Source: a virus. From it: a DNA stretch of 64,000 bases. Positions 44,924 to 54,728 of the stretch are shown piece after piece. The notes under the pieces are model-generated. The model saw only the letters and a program-made list of their open reading frames with translations. It was not told the origin of the DNA and searched no databases. The first letter of the stretch is position 1. Each line of letters begins with the position of its first letter. The position numbers and the translations under genes are program-made. Location: IMG/VR virus record IMGVR_UViG_3300021466_000176; one strand, given 5' to 3'.

Positions 44924-47290
44924 ATGGAAACTCCATTCGAACTCGAAGTACGGACGGACGGGTCACGGATCGACTACGAAATCGAAGTCGAAGAGGGGGA
45001 AGGGACCGTAGAGGGAGTATCCGGTACAACCGGATCGAGAAGCGGCGACTACGAGATATCCGAACACGTCGCCGGTGGCGGGGTTGACTCTACGGACTAC
45101 TTCGATAAGTATACTGTTTCCGGCCCAGTAGTACGGTTTGAGACACTTGGAGATAGCGTTTCCGACGATCTTACGCTTTTAGCGGACGGGAATGAGGTAA
45201 CACGTGATGAGTTGGTCGGATCAACTGAAGACGAAGAGTCAGAACCTGAATCCGACCCCGAGTACGGCAGTCCGGACGAGCCGCGCCGGTACTACATCTA
45301 TGGCGATAAATGGAAACCGAGCGGAGAACGCGACCCCGACGCTGCTCCCGACCCCATCTACTATGTTGTCGCCATCCGGGGTGAGATCGACGTTACGGAC
45401 AAGAGCGATAATTTCGATGCGATCCACACCTTCGGCGAAGAGACGGCAGTTATCGGCAGCGTACCGGCAAACGCGGACGATGCCTTTTCGATCACCGGCG
45501 AGGTGCTCTGGATGCACGGATCGAGCAACAGGCTCTCGGTCCAGCTAAACAGAGTCCCATACAATCCGCCGTGGCGGACGGAAAACCCACTCGGCGAGGA
45601 AGCATCCGGGGAGAACCGACGGCAATACGAGGAGGGAAGCGACGATTCGGAGCCGTCGGAACCCTCGGAACCCTCGGAACCCGAACCTTCAGAACCAGAG
45701 CCCTCGGAACCTGAACCTCCAGAACCTGAACCGACGGACCCGTCGGGGCCATACTCGTATCTCGATACGGATAGTCCGAACGGGCCGGACAGCGATCTGG
45801 CATCCGAATACGATCACTACATAGAGATCAACGGAACGGACTTCTCGGAACGGGTTAGTTACCACTTCGTTACGAGCGGAGAGGTAGTACCCGCTTCGAG
45901 CGGGGATTCCGTCGATAACAGGGGCTGGTTCGGCCATGCAGAAGGGGCAATAAAATCATGGCGGGACGGGTTCTACTATAACGGCTCCTTACTCGACATC
46001 AAGGTAGGCCCCCTATCAGTCAGGGAATACCGAAAGCGCGAGAAGGACGATTCGCTTGGCGTCTATGACCTCCCGTATGCGGTGTTCGTGGATGGACGCT
46101 CGATAGACCACGATCGATTCGATCCGAGAACCGCAGACGCCGGTACCCCGATCGATATCCCGATGGGGTATCGAGAAGACGCTCTCCCAGCGGATCTCTC
46201 CCCGGATCCCGAGGACGCGACCCATGTCGTCCGATCGGAAGACGATCTGGAAAACGTATTCGATTCGGGGCTCTCGGACGGCGATACCGTCGTCGTTGAT
46301 GATCTGGTCGAATACCGTGGTGGGGATGGAGTCCTCTACGAAACGGGAGCGGACGCTCTCACGATCGCTTGCACACCGGAGGGCCACCTCCGACGGATGA
46401 ATACCCCGAGCGATCACTGGGGTAATTTCAGTCTACGGTTCGGCGGAAAACACCTATCGGTTGTTAATCTCACGCATGAGGGTGATTTTACCGAACCGCG
46501 AGGGTACAGATCGGGGGGAACGTTCGCGCTCACTACCGACGGAGAATACCCGACGTTCGTGAACTGTAAACTCTGGAATTGGGGCGTTACGGCGCTTGAT
46601 CTGCGTGGGTACGGAGAGACCGTGCTCGGATACGACGCCAGCAACATCCAGATCGACGGGAGCGGGTACGGCATCGGAACGGGCGGCGAGGCCGAACTAT
46701 CCGGAGACAACCCGGACGAATACAGCCGTATCCACCCGTGGCACGAGCGAACAGCAATGAAGTTCCTGCGGATCGACGCCTGTCGCCACCACATCGAACG
46801 TTCGAGAAACGCTTCAACCGAAGCCAGATGGTACGTCCTCGGCGAGAACTCCCGGCACGGAGGGACCATGGACGACTCACACCGCTTCTCACAGGGTGAA
46901 GACGTACGAACGGATCGAGTCATTATGAAGCCGAACCCGTCCGTACCGGCCGATAACATCCGGGGACGACCGAGACTGTTCAGTCGTGCCCGAACCTGGT
47001 ATGCAGGATGGGACGAGAAGTGGGCCTACCAACTCGATCCCGCCGAAGCAGAGCGCAATCCGGGTCCGGAAGGCGAAGCACCGTTCGCCCAGTTCGCCGC
47101 CACCGATCCGGAATACAAAAACAGGGACAGAGGATGGGACAAATCGAACGGGCCGCTCCTCCCGGATCCATCCGATAATCCATACGCGTGGCAAGTTGAC
47201 GAGGATACGATCCAAGTCGGCGGTACCAGGCCCGACTTCATCACCCAAACGCTCTACGATACGCTGAGTTACTTCCGGGACCAACGGTAG
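44924..47290 (+). CDS. Large protein with beta-repeat domains, EPS linker and beta-helix-like C-terminus
   Basis: Repeats similar to those of the deacetylase; (EPS)n linker; FVNCKLWNWG. Confidence 0.65.
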   Translation: METPFELEVRTDGSRIDYEIEVEEGEGTVEGVSGTTGSRSGDYEISEHVAGGGVDSTDYFDKYTVSGPVVRFETLGDSVSDDLTLLADGNEVTRDELVGSTEDEESEPESDPEYGSPDEPRRYYIYGDKWKPSGERDPDAAPDPIYYVVAIRGEIDVTDKSDNFDAIHTFGEETAVIGSVPANADDAFSITGEVLWMHGSSNRLSVQLNRVPYNPPWRTENPLGEEASGENRRQYEEGSDDSEPSEPSEPSEPEPSEPEPSEPEPPEPEPTDPSGPYSYLDTDSPNGPDSDLASEYDHYIEINGTDFSERVSYHFVTSGEVVPASSGDSVDNRGWFGHAEGAIKSWRDGFYYNGSLLDIKVGPLSVREYRKREKDDSLGVYDLPYAVFVDGRSIDHDRFDPRTADAGTPIDIPMGYREDALPADLSPDPEDATHVVRSEDDLENVFDSGLSDGDTVVVDDLVEYRGGDGVLYETGADALTIACTPEGHLRRMNTPSDHWGNFSLRFGGKHLSVVNLTHEGDFTEPRGYRSGGTFALTTDGEYPTFVNCKLWNWGVTALDLRGYGETVLGYDASNIQIDGSGYGIGTGGEAELSGDNPDEYSRIHPWHERTAMKFLRIDACRHHIERSRNASTEARWYVLGENSRHGGTMDDSHRFSQGEDVRTDRVIMKPNPSVPADNIRGRPRLFSRARTWYAGWDEKWAYQLDPAEAERNPGPEGEAPFAQFAATDPEYKNRDRGWDKSNGPLLPDPSDNPYAWQVDEDTIQVGGTRPDFITQTLYDTLSYFRDQR

Positions 47291-47294
47291 GCCG

Positions 47295-47942
47295 TTATAA
47301 GTCGGACTGGGCGGTCTTGATAATCGAACACACTTCCTCTCCGACTTCCTCCCGGGGGCGTTCCCCATTCAGGGTAGTCAGGTCCATCGTGTTCTCGAAG
47401 CTACGGTACATCTCGTTTACCGCTTCGAGGTATCCATCCCGCTCGAATCGATTCGGATCCTCGATCCGTTCTTTCGACGTTTCGGGAGATACATCGAGCC
47501 TAATCACGAGATCCGGGGCGATCGTGGTTCGAAGCGCCATATCACGGGCGTACTCCGTGTCCCGACCCTCGTTCTCGAACTCGACCGCCTGATAAACCAT
47601 CGTGGAAAGCACGCCACGATCGGACAGTACCGTCTTTCCCTCGGACAGACGAGGAAGGACGAACCCCTCCAGATGGGCGATCCTGTCAGCGATGAACAAG
47701 TGCAGGTCGGCTGGCGACCCGAGATCCTCACTGAACAGGAGTTGCCGTACAACCGGATGATTCGGCTCCCGGGTGGTCAATACATTGTCCATATCATTCC
47801 GGGAGTCGATGTAGTCTATCACCTCGGTTTTTCCCGCTCCATCCGGGCCTTCGATCTGGATGTACGTCCCATCGAACCCGTGGTCGGGGCTCGGTTCTCC
47901 GAGCGGTACTTGAACCTCACCGGAATTGTTACCATTGCTCAT
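47295..47942 (-). CDS. tmk: Thymidylate kinase
   Basis: IEGPDGAGKT, TREP, SDRGVLSTMVYQ, PDLVIRLD. Confidence 0.93.
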   Translation of the reverse strand: MSNGNNSGEVQVPLGEPSPDHGFDGTYIQIEGPDGAGKTEVIDYIDSRNDMDNVLTTREPNHPVVRQLLFSEDLGSPADLHLFIADRIAHLEGFVLPRLSEGKTVLSDRGVLSTMVYQAVEFENEGRDTEYARDMALRTTIAPDLVIRLDVSPETSKERIEDPNRFERDGYLEAVNEMYRSFENTMDLTTLNGERPREEVGEEVCSIIKTAQSDL

Positions 47943-48610
47943 TATCTGAAATCCCGCTCCAGTACCTCTTCGAGCTTCTCCTCGAACGGATCGGCGAGCG
48001 TGAACCCCTCCCGCTCCGCGAAATCGAGCGCATAGATCATCACATCCGCCAATTCACGGCCCAGGTCCTCCTCTGCGAGTTCCTCCTGGCGGATATCCTG
48101 TCTTCGCTTCAGGATGATGCGGGTCATCTCTCCCATTTCCTCGACCATGCCCAAGAACGGATTGATCGAGCCCTGATCGCCGAATTGTTCGCGCGACCAC
48201 TCCCCGAGGCGAATCTGTGCCTCTTCCAGATCCGCGAAGTTCTCGTTACCATACTCGCCGTGTGTATTGTTCGGGCGACGGTCCTCGATTCCCATTCGGA
48301 GGTCCTCCATGATCTCCTCCTCGCCGACTACCCCATGAGAGTAGTCATGCAGTGCAGAAGCCACGTGGTCGATCAGTTCTTCCTCTTCTCGTATCGAGAG
48401 TTCACCGCTGTCAGTAACGAGATCGCTGAAATCTCCGACTGCTGCCGCTATGGTAGAGTGAGCATACGCCTTGTACTCGCTTCTATGGAGATAATTCAGC
48501 GTATGTCGACTCAGTTCTTCTTCGGAATCAACACCCAATTCAGCATCCGTATTTTGGAAACTCTTTCGCGCACGGTCGAGTATCTCTTCGGTTTTGTCGC
48601 GCGGATTCAT
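47942..48610 (-). CDS. MazG-like nucleotide pyrophosphohydrolase (C-terminal domain)
   Basis: GMVEEMGE..ELADVMIY. Confidence 0.8.
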   Translation of the reverse strand: MNPRDKTEEILDRARKSFQNTDAELGVDSEEELSRHTLNYLHRSEYKAYAHSTIAAAVGDFSDLVTDSGELSIREEEELIDHVASALHDYSHGVVGEEEIMEDLRMGIEDRRPNNTHGEYGNENFADLEEAQIRLGEWSREQFGDQGSINPFLGMVEEMGEMTRIILKRRQDIRQEELAEEDLGRELADVMIYALDFAEREGFTLADPFEEKLEEVLERDFR

Positions 48611-48885
48611 CCGGATCTCATCCCGTTTTCCTCGGCGAATTCATCGCCATCGATCGTCTCTACGATCTCCCCGTTCTCGATCACCTCAACACGATCGAGT
48701 GACCCAATAAAGAGATCGTTGAACGCCTTACACTCCATGCACTCCTCGTGAATTTCGGCACTGTATGTCTCAGCGATTTCGTCCTTCGAGTCGTGGGTTT
48801 CCTCGGCCATTACGTGTTCCTCTCCAGCACCGAGCCGGTAGGATTCACACGTCCAGACAGCACGGTACTCAGAACGGTGTTTCAT
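48607..48885 (-). CDS. Small Cys-containing protein
   Basis: 92 aa, CMEC. Confidence 0.55.
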   Translation of the reverse strand: MKHRSEYRAVWTCESYRLGAGEEHVMAEETHDSKDEIAETYSAEIHEECMECKAFNDLFIGSLDRVEVIENGEIVETIDGDEFAEENGMRSG

Positions 48886-48897
48886 AGCTACCGACAT

Positions 48898-49317
48898 CTA
48901 CTCTTCGCCCCCTTCCTCCCCTTCCTCCCCTTCCTCCGCACCCATCTGGTAGAGTTCCTCGTGCCACGAACGATCGTTTTTGACTACGTATTTTCCATAG
49001 CTCGTGAGACTGTAGAGGTTCGTCCGGTTGTCCTTCGATCGCTTCTCTATCATGTTGTGGTCTTTGAGTTCATCGATATTCGGATACAAGCGACCGTGGT
49101 GGATCTCACCCTCATACGCTTCATCCAGAAACGCCTTGATCCCCAACCCGTAAATCTCCCCGTTGGCCCAGAGGATGTAGAGGATATCACGCTTGAAACC
49201 GTGCTCGATCAGGTCCTCGTGATGCCTCATTCCACGCACCGCAGACTCGGCTTCTGAGGGGGTATCAGTGGCTGTTTCGTCCTGTTCCTCGGAGCCCGTA
49301 TCGGGTTCTGCGCCCAT
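48898..49317 (-). CDS. PadR-family regulator
   Basis: YGLGIK..IHHGRLYPNIDEL..DNRTNLYSLT. Confidence 0.9.
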   Translation of the reverse strand: MGAEPDTGSEEQDETATDTPSEAESAVRGMRHHEDLIEHGFKRDILYILWANGEIYGLGIKAFLDEAYEGEIHHGRLYPNIDELKDHNMIEKRSKDNRTNLYSLTSYGKYVVKNDRSWHEELYQMGAEEGEEGEEGGEE

Positions 49318-49352
49318 AGACAGGTATACCCGCACACATGTCTTTAAACTTT

Positions 49353-50201
49353 CTACTTGGAATGGACCTGTGAATAGAACTGGAACAGCCACTCGTCCAA
49401 CTCGTCTTCGAACGCCCCACCCGGGTCCTCTATATCGTCGTTTTCGGACGGTCGCGCCGAGTTGTCCTGTAGCGTATTGAGATACCTGATCGCTCGGTTC
49501 CGGTCCGCATCGCTCATCATAGGGTGCTCTCGGGACTCCTTTGCTTCGATAAGCTGGTTTATGAGATCGAAATTATGATGTTCGTCTTCTGTGTTCTTCT
49601 CGTGGTAATCGATCAAGTTATTCAGGTTCGCCATTATATCCCCGCGCTCCGAAAGGTACTCATAAGCGAGATACGCCCGGATGGAATACAGCGCCCGTTT
49701 GCCGTCGTGGGTACTCTCCTTATCGTCGCCTTCGATCAAATCAGTGTGCATCCCCGAGGCCATTCCATAATAGCTGCGTCCAGTGCCCGGAAAGTCGTGA
49801 TCGGATAGGATAGACCGGAGGTCTGCTATCGCCTCCGAACTGGTATTGAGAACGCCGGGACCACAGACGAACGGTTCGACCACCGAAAAATTTCCATCCC
49901 GGAGGCGACTCACGTAGTCGAGAACCTCCACGCTGACTACATCGTATTCGGACACCTCTTCGTAGCCCTGAGTGGTCACTCCTTGATTTATTATCGTTGC
50001 CGGGTTGTACCCCCCAACCGAGTAAAAATCGCTTTGAGGAGAAACGTGCATCCCTCTAACGTCTATATCACCGCCGTCATCGATCGGGGTCGGGTAGCCG
50101 GTCATCCGATCTCCACCGAGCGCGTAGAACAGGGGTTTCGTTCCATCGTTCTCAGTGATCGTGCGGGCTATCCGCTTTGCGACACCAATCTCCTCGTCCA
50201 T
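49353..50201 (-). CDS. Pol-beta superfamily nucleotidyltransferase (RlaP/YcgL-like)
   Basis: GGDRMTG..DIDVRGMHV, KRALYSIRAYL. Confidence 0.75.
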   Translation of the reverse strand: MDEEIGVAKRIARTITENDGTKPLFYALGGDRMTGYPTPIDDGGDIDVRGMHVSPQSDFYSVGGYNPATIINQGVTTQGYEEVSEYDVVSVEVLDYVSRLRDGNFSVVEPFVCGPGVLNTSSEAIADLRSILSDHDFPGTGRSYYGMASGMHTDLIEGDDKESTHDGKRALYSIRAYLAYEYLSERGDIMANLNNLIDYHEKNTEDEHHNFDLINQLIEAKESREHPMMSDADRNRAIRYLNTLQDNSARPSENDDIEDPGGAFEDELDEWLFQFYSQVHSK

Positions 50202-50242
50202 GAAACCCTCTTCAATTCCGCATAGAATAGTCCTTGCGAAGT

Positions 50243-51016
50243 TTAGACGATTTTTACGACAGTCCCGGGCTCAAAGGCGTCCTCGAAGCGTTCCACCATT
50301 CCCGGAACGTGGAGCCGCCCGACGACACATACTATCGACCCTACGTCGTCCGAACGCGCGTGCTCGGCGAGCCGTGCTACCATGGCCTCGTTTCGTTCGG
50401 ACACGAGCACCCGATAGACATCCGAGCCCGTATCCCGCATTATCCGATGGGCTTCGAAGAGAGCGTCATTAGGACCCTCCGATAAATTGGATGGGTGGAG
50501 TTCCTCACTGGAGAACTCGGATTGTTCGACGGCTTCGTCGTACTTATCCAACGTGTCGAGGGCTTCCGCGTCCCCGGATAGGAACGAACGGAGGGCCCGG
50601 ATGATACCGTTCGGTGCGATCACCTCCGAGAGATCCGAAGAACTCTCGTAGATATCCTCATCGATCGCATCCCAGTCCGACCCGATATCCTGGGCAGTGG
50701 CGATCCCGCGTTCCATATCTCCCTGTTCGAGGCGGTTCAGCTTTCTCAGCACCAACTGTGGGATCCCGAGAAAAAGAACGATAGCCCTCGTCGTGTTGTT
50801 CATCGGGCGCAAGTACTGTAGAATATCAATGATCGATCGTCCGGATTCAGCTTTCCCCACTAAGTCAAGCATTTCTACCCGGGAATTACAAAGCTCAACG
50901 CAAACCAGATCCGGACGGATAGCTCTGATCTCCTCTTCGACCGTGTTCGCACTATGTTCTGAGACGTGATTCGTCCCTATAAGCGTGATTTTAGTGTCGT
51001 CGTTTTTACTCGTCAT
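50243..51016 (-). CDS. TraB/PrgY/GumN-family protein
   Basis: LIGTNHVS, PDLVCVELC, ERNEAM, VVGRLHVPG. Confidence 0.88.
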   Translation of the reverse strand: MTSKNDDTKITLIGTNHVSEHSANTVEEEIRAIRPDLVCVELCNSRVEMLDLVGKAESGRSIIDILQYLRPMNNTTRAIVLFLGIPQLVLRKLNRLEQGDMERGIATAQDIGSDWDAIDEDIYESSSDLSEVIAPNGIIRALRSFLSGDAEALDTLDKYDEAVEQSEFSSEELHPSNLSEGPNDALFEAHRIMRDTGSDVYRVLVSERNEAMVARLAEHARSDDVGSIVCVVGRLHVPGMVERFEDAFEPGTVVKIV

Positions 51017-51494
51017 TGAATCCCTCTCGGAGTCGCTCGCGGGGCTTCCGTGCTGCTTCCTCTCCAGCTTGAATAAGCCCGATATTGAACAACACCCCCA
51101 CCACCAGCAGCGTACCACCAACCAAAGTTGCGGACAATCCGAACAACCCAGGTCCCATTAAGAACCAGAACCCTCCGAGGACGAACATCAACATACTCAT
51201 TACGTGGACTCCGAGTTCGAAGGAAGTGAACGCAACCGAAATGTCGTACTCGGCCACGTCCCGGATCGACGGCGGATCCTCGACGCGAACACCGAACTCC
51301 TCATTGAGACACTCCGGGTGGTAGTGGAGCGATCCGTCCGAAACCGGATCGGTGCCCGCTGGCTCGTATTCCTGTAGTTCACCCATTCCTTGTGCGTTCG
51401 ACTCCATACCACAGGAATCGCACACATCCACTTCTACGATGAGAGGGTCGTCCTCCTCTACGTTTCTCGGTACGGCGGTTTCTCGTGTAGTCAT
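51006..51494 (-). CDS. Membrane protein with N-terminal Cys/His knuckle
   Basis: CDSCG..HPEC then two hydrophobic helices. Confidence 0.6.
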   Translation of the reverse strand: MTTRETAVPRNVEEDDPLIVEVDVCDSCGMESNAQGMGELQEYEPAGTDPVSDGSLHYHPECLNEEFGVRVEDPPSIRDVAEYDISVAFTSFELGVHVMSMLMFVLGGFWFLMGPGLFGLSATLVGGTLLVVGVLFNIGLIQAGEEAARKPRERLREGFNDE

Positions 51495-52507
51495 TGATCT
51501 GGTGTGGAGGAGCGTGGTCGTGGTGGTTGGTGGTATCCGTTACCTTTGTCTTCATCGTCTTCTTCCTCTTCATCCTCGATGTCGAATCTCTCAGCGAGAA
51601 AGCCCCGGTACTTTTCGTACCAGCGGGGTGTAATCTCCTTGCTAACCGGACACTCGCCATAGACACGCCGCACGCCGGGGGTGTTTTGCGCCGCTACGCT
51701 CACGGCACCGCCTTTCTCCTTCACCTCGTGACTTTTCTCGCTTGCTTTCCTGTTCGCCGCTTTCCCAGTATTTACCGTTTTCTTCGCTCCGGCCCTCACT
51801 GTTTCTTTCACGTCCCTCTTCGCGGACCCTCCGACCGAAGCGACTTTCCGGGCAGCGCGATCCCGACCCTCACTTCGCCGTTCTTTCCTCGTACCCTCAG
51901 AGAGTTCAGGCTCGTCACTGAACACGGCGATTACTGCTCCAACGACACTTCCGATAACCCAGTTAAATAGATACATCGCACCTGCCACCATCCCGAAAGT
52001 GAGAGCGATAAGTAGTAGCCCTGGGATCAGCCGTGTTACTATCCAGATTAATATTCGAACAATACCATTTCCCATGAAAAATAGGAAATCGATTATTGCG
52101 CTACTGTGGACGTACAGCAACCAGATGAGTGTCGCCCCGCCTCCGATCAACCCGAGTGCTATCAGTCCCGCTACTGCTCTCTTCAACCATTTCACTTGTT
52201 TGCCCGTCAGTTCGTACTCTTTTGCGTTCCGACTTGCGGACCGAATCGATTGATCAACGCTCTCGGCACCGGATTGTACGCGCTCGCTGTTCGACGCCTT
52301 CACTACGGTTTCTTTCGTATTCGCTGTGAGCTTCTGTGCGCCGTATAATCCACCAGCAACTACCATCATCACGCCAGCGAAAAGAGCGTATGACCCTTGC
52401 CAGAGCAGGTACTTCGCTCCACACCGGAGGTTGATTATCGCATCCCCCGCGATAGCGTCCCTCCAGTATGGGTACTCGTGTCCCTCCCCAGTCTCTTTAT
52501 CAGTCAT
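51491..52507 (-). CDS. Multi-pass membrane protein
   Basis: Several hydrophobic segments; start at ATG 52507. Confidence 0.6.
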   Translation of the reverse strand: MTDKETGEGHEYPYWRDAIAGDAIINLRCGAKYLLWQGSYALFAGVMMVVAGGLYGAQKLTANTKETVVKASNSERVQSGAESVDQSIRSASRNAKEYELTGKQVKWLKRAVAGLIALGLIGGGATLIWLLYVHSSAIIDFLFFMGNGIVRILIWIVTRLIPGLLLIALTFGMVAGAMYLFNWVIGSVVGAVIAVFSDEPELSEGTRKERRSEGRDRAARKVASVGGSAKRDVKETVRAGAKKTVNTGKAANRKASEKSHEVKEKGGAVSVAAQNTPGVRRVYGECPVSKEITPRWYEKYRGFLAERFDIEDEEEEDDEDKGNGYHQPPRPRSSTPDQ

Positions 52508-52875
52508 ACGACCATCACCGACATCACTACGAACACCACGAGCGCCGCAACGAGCGCCGCTGTGAAGACCTGTGGCGTGATCCACTTTGACGACCGGATC
52601 ACGTTGCGTGCTCCAGCACTCATGCCGATATCGAACTGGTCACTGCACGTACTACACCACTGCTCGACCTCCGGGATATCGGATTCGACGCCCGCCACAC
52701 CGAAGTGAGGCTCCGGTTCGTCCTGCACCGAAATCACTTCACCAGCTACTACGTCGATCGTTGCACCCTGGAACACCTCCCGATGACAGAACCCACACTC
52801 TACTGTGTCGGAAACCCCCTCATCGGAGGGTAACGGCCCATCCGTCTCAGTCGCTTGTATTTGTTCTATTGACAT
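52504..52875 (-). CDS. Zn-finger protein with C-terminal anchor
   Basis: CGFC..CSTC, hydrophobic tail. Confidence 0.6.
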   Translation of the reverse strand: MSIEQIQATETDGPLPSDEGVSDTVECGFCHREVFQGATIDVVAGEVISVQDEPEPHFGVAGVESDIPEVEQWCSTCSDQFDIGMSAGARNVIRSSKWITPQVFTAALVAALVVFVVMSVMVV

Positions 52876-53359
52876 TGCCTACCTCTATTGTCTCTATGTA
52901 CGCGCTCTTGTCTATCGTCCCGTTAGCGTAGGCTCCGACAGTCGGACGGGGTACGGTTGCCTTCACCCCGCCTGTGATGATAGTAAGCGTTTTCGGCGGC
53001 TCGCCAGTTGCATTGACCGTCCGAGCGTACTCATCAGCGATGCCATACATTTCTTGCTCTACGTCCTCGGCCGACTCAGCCTCAGTGCTGTACTCGACAG
53101 CGATTTCGCCGGTTGGTTCGATGAACACACGAGCATCGGGTTGATACTTCGTGACGTTCTTGTAGAACGCAGTAGCAAGCGTCTGAGATTCGTTAACATC
53201 TTTCGGTGGGGTCTGTGGGGGTTCCTCCGGCTCTTCAGGCTCGGCCGTCGATTGCGGTTGATCCGGCATGAAGATTATCGTCGCAGTCGCATACGCTAAT
53301 ACGACTACCAGTACCACTGCGATGGCAGCTACAGCGGCTAACACTCCTCGTCTTCCCAT
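52847..53359 (-). CDS. N-terminally anchored extracellular protein
   Basis: Hydrophobic N-terminus, 170 aa. Confidence 0.65.
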   Translation of the reverse strand: MGRRGVLAAVAAIAVVLVVVLAYATATIIFMPDQPQSTAEPEEPEEPPQTPPKDVNESQTLATAFYKNVTKYQPDARVFIEPTGEIAVEYSTEAESAEDVEQEMYGIADEYARTVNATGEPPKTLTIITGGVKATVPRPTVGAYANGTIDKSAYIETIEVGNVNRTNTSD

Positions 53360-54108
53360 TAACCCTCTACCTCTATCTCGATCGAACCGCTCTCGTTCGT
53401 GCTGTTGTTCGATCCGGGCGGCGCAGAGGTGCCGTTCGTCGCTTCGAGGGAGTTAGTCGCGTTCCCATTATCGCCCGTTCCGTCTTCCGCTTCATCCGTG
53501 AGGACGACTGCGCTCTGGATGCTCTGGGGTTCCTCGCTTACCAGATAGATACCGTTCCACTCCACGTACTCACCATCAGTCGTGAAGAAGAAAATCGCAT
53601 CACCATTGCTTCCATACGATCCATCGATCTGAGGCGACTCTACGGCCTTAAAGCAGGACGCTTCATCGTCCTGGTGGGTCTCCTCGATACACTGTTTCGA
53701 CCCGACGATCTGAGCATCGTTCGTGAGCTTCGAATTAACCGACGATACCTTGCCCTGGGCAACCTTGTATGCAACTACTTGGCCCGTATTTGACATCAAG
53801 TAGACGTGATGAAGGTTCTCGGGTTGGTTGAGATACTGATACCGACGAATAAGGTTCGCCCGCTCCAGGGAGTTTTCCATGACGAATGGCGGCTGTTTCT
53901 GGACGAGTCCGTACTGATTTTTCTCAGTGATAGCGATCTCATACGCGTACGACTCCCCTACTGTAGCCCCAGAGACATCTTGGCCGGTATCCTCAGCGAG
54001 TTTTTCGCCGCTCTGACCGCCTTCTCCCTGACAGCCCGCGAACACCATCATCGCCGCTAACAATACACCGATCAGTATCTTCCGTTTTCGGATGTTTTCG
54101 AGATTCAT
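53359..54108 (-). CDS. Lipoprotein
   Basis: Lipobox FAGC; SPQIDGSYGSN..FFFTTDGEYVEWNG domain. Confidence 0.7.
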   Translation of the reverse strand: MNLENIRKRKILIGVLLAAMMVFAGCQGEGGQSGEKLAEDTGQDVSGATVGESYAYEIAITEKNQYGLVQKQPPFVMENSLERANLIRRYQYLNQPENLHHVYLMSNTGQVVAYKVAQGKVSSVNSKLTNDAQIVGSKQCIEETHQDDEASCFKAVESPQIDGSYGSNGDAIFFFTTDGEYVEWNGIYLVSEEPQSIQSAVVLTDEAEDGTGDNGNATNSLEATNGTSAPPGSNNSTNESGSIEIEVEG

Positions 54109-54116
54109 TTGTTCAG

Positions 54117-54728
54117 TTAGCTTCCCTCCGCTGTTTTCGGTAGTCCATCGCACTCCTGGGCCTGTGGTGGCTCCCCGCTTACCGGAGAGCCATTGATCGT
54201 CTCATCCTGTGGCTGGTCTGGAGCATCAGATCCAGGTGGCCCCACGACCCCGAACCTCTCATCAACTCGGTATGGCAAGCTACACTTGAACACGGCCCGA
54301 CTTGCATCCGCCGAGCGCGCGTTATAATCGGTTGTGAGACTATCAAGCTGGTTCGCATTTCCAGTGATTCGCTGCTGGATCCGGTCGTGGGTGGTCCGAG
54401 TCGTCCGGTCCCAGTTGTTCGGATCCTCTCCATACGTCGCGTAGAAACGATCTAACTCCTCATAGGAGTTGTTGAGTTGGGCGCGCTGTTCTTTGATCTC
54501 GAAGTATTGCTGACGGAACCATCGATAGTTCTCCAACGCCTTCTCAGCGTCCTGTTGTTCACGGAGGATCTCTTCGCCCGAATCGCGCTGCTCTGTGAAC
54601 TGGGCGAACGGGAAAAAGAAATACCCCACTATCATGATCACGAGTACAGCTACCAATCCGAGAATCACAAGCGTATTCCACCCACTGGAACCACCGGATG
54701 GTCCGGACGGACGAGACGATCGACTCAC
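54117..54728 (-). CDS. Single-pass membrane coiled-coil protein
   Basis: One TM then YRWFRQQY..YNARS helical region. Confidence 0.65.
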   Translation of the reverse strand: MSRSSRPSGPSGGSSGWNTLVILGLVAVLVIMIVGYFFFPFAQFTEQRDSGEEILREQQDAEKALENYRWFRQQYFEIKEQRAQLNNSYEELDRFYATYGEDPNNWDRTTRTTHDRIQQRITGNANQLDSLTTDYNARSADASRAVFKCSLPYRVDERFGVVGPPGSDAPDQPQDETINGSPVSGEPPQAQECDGLPKTAEGS

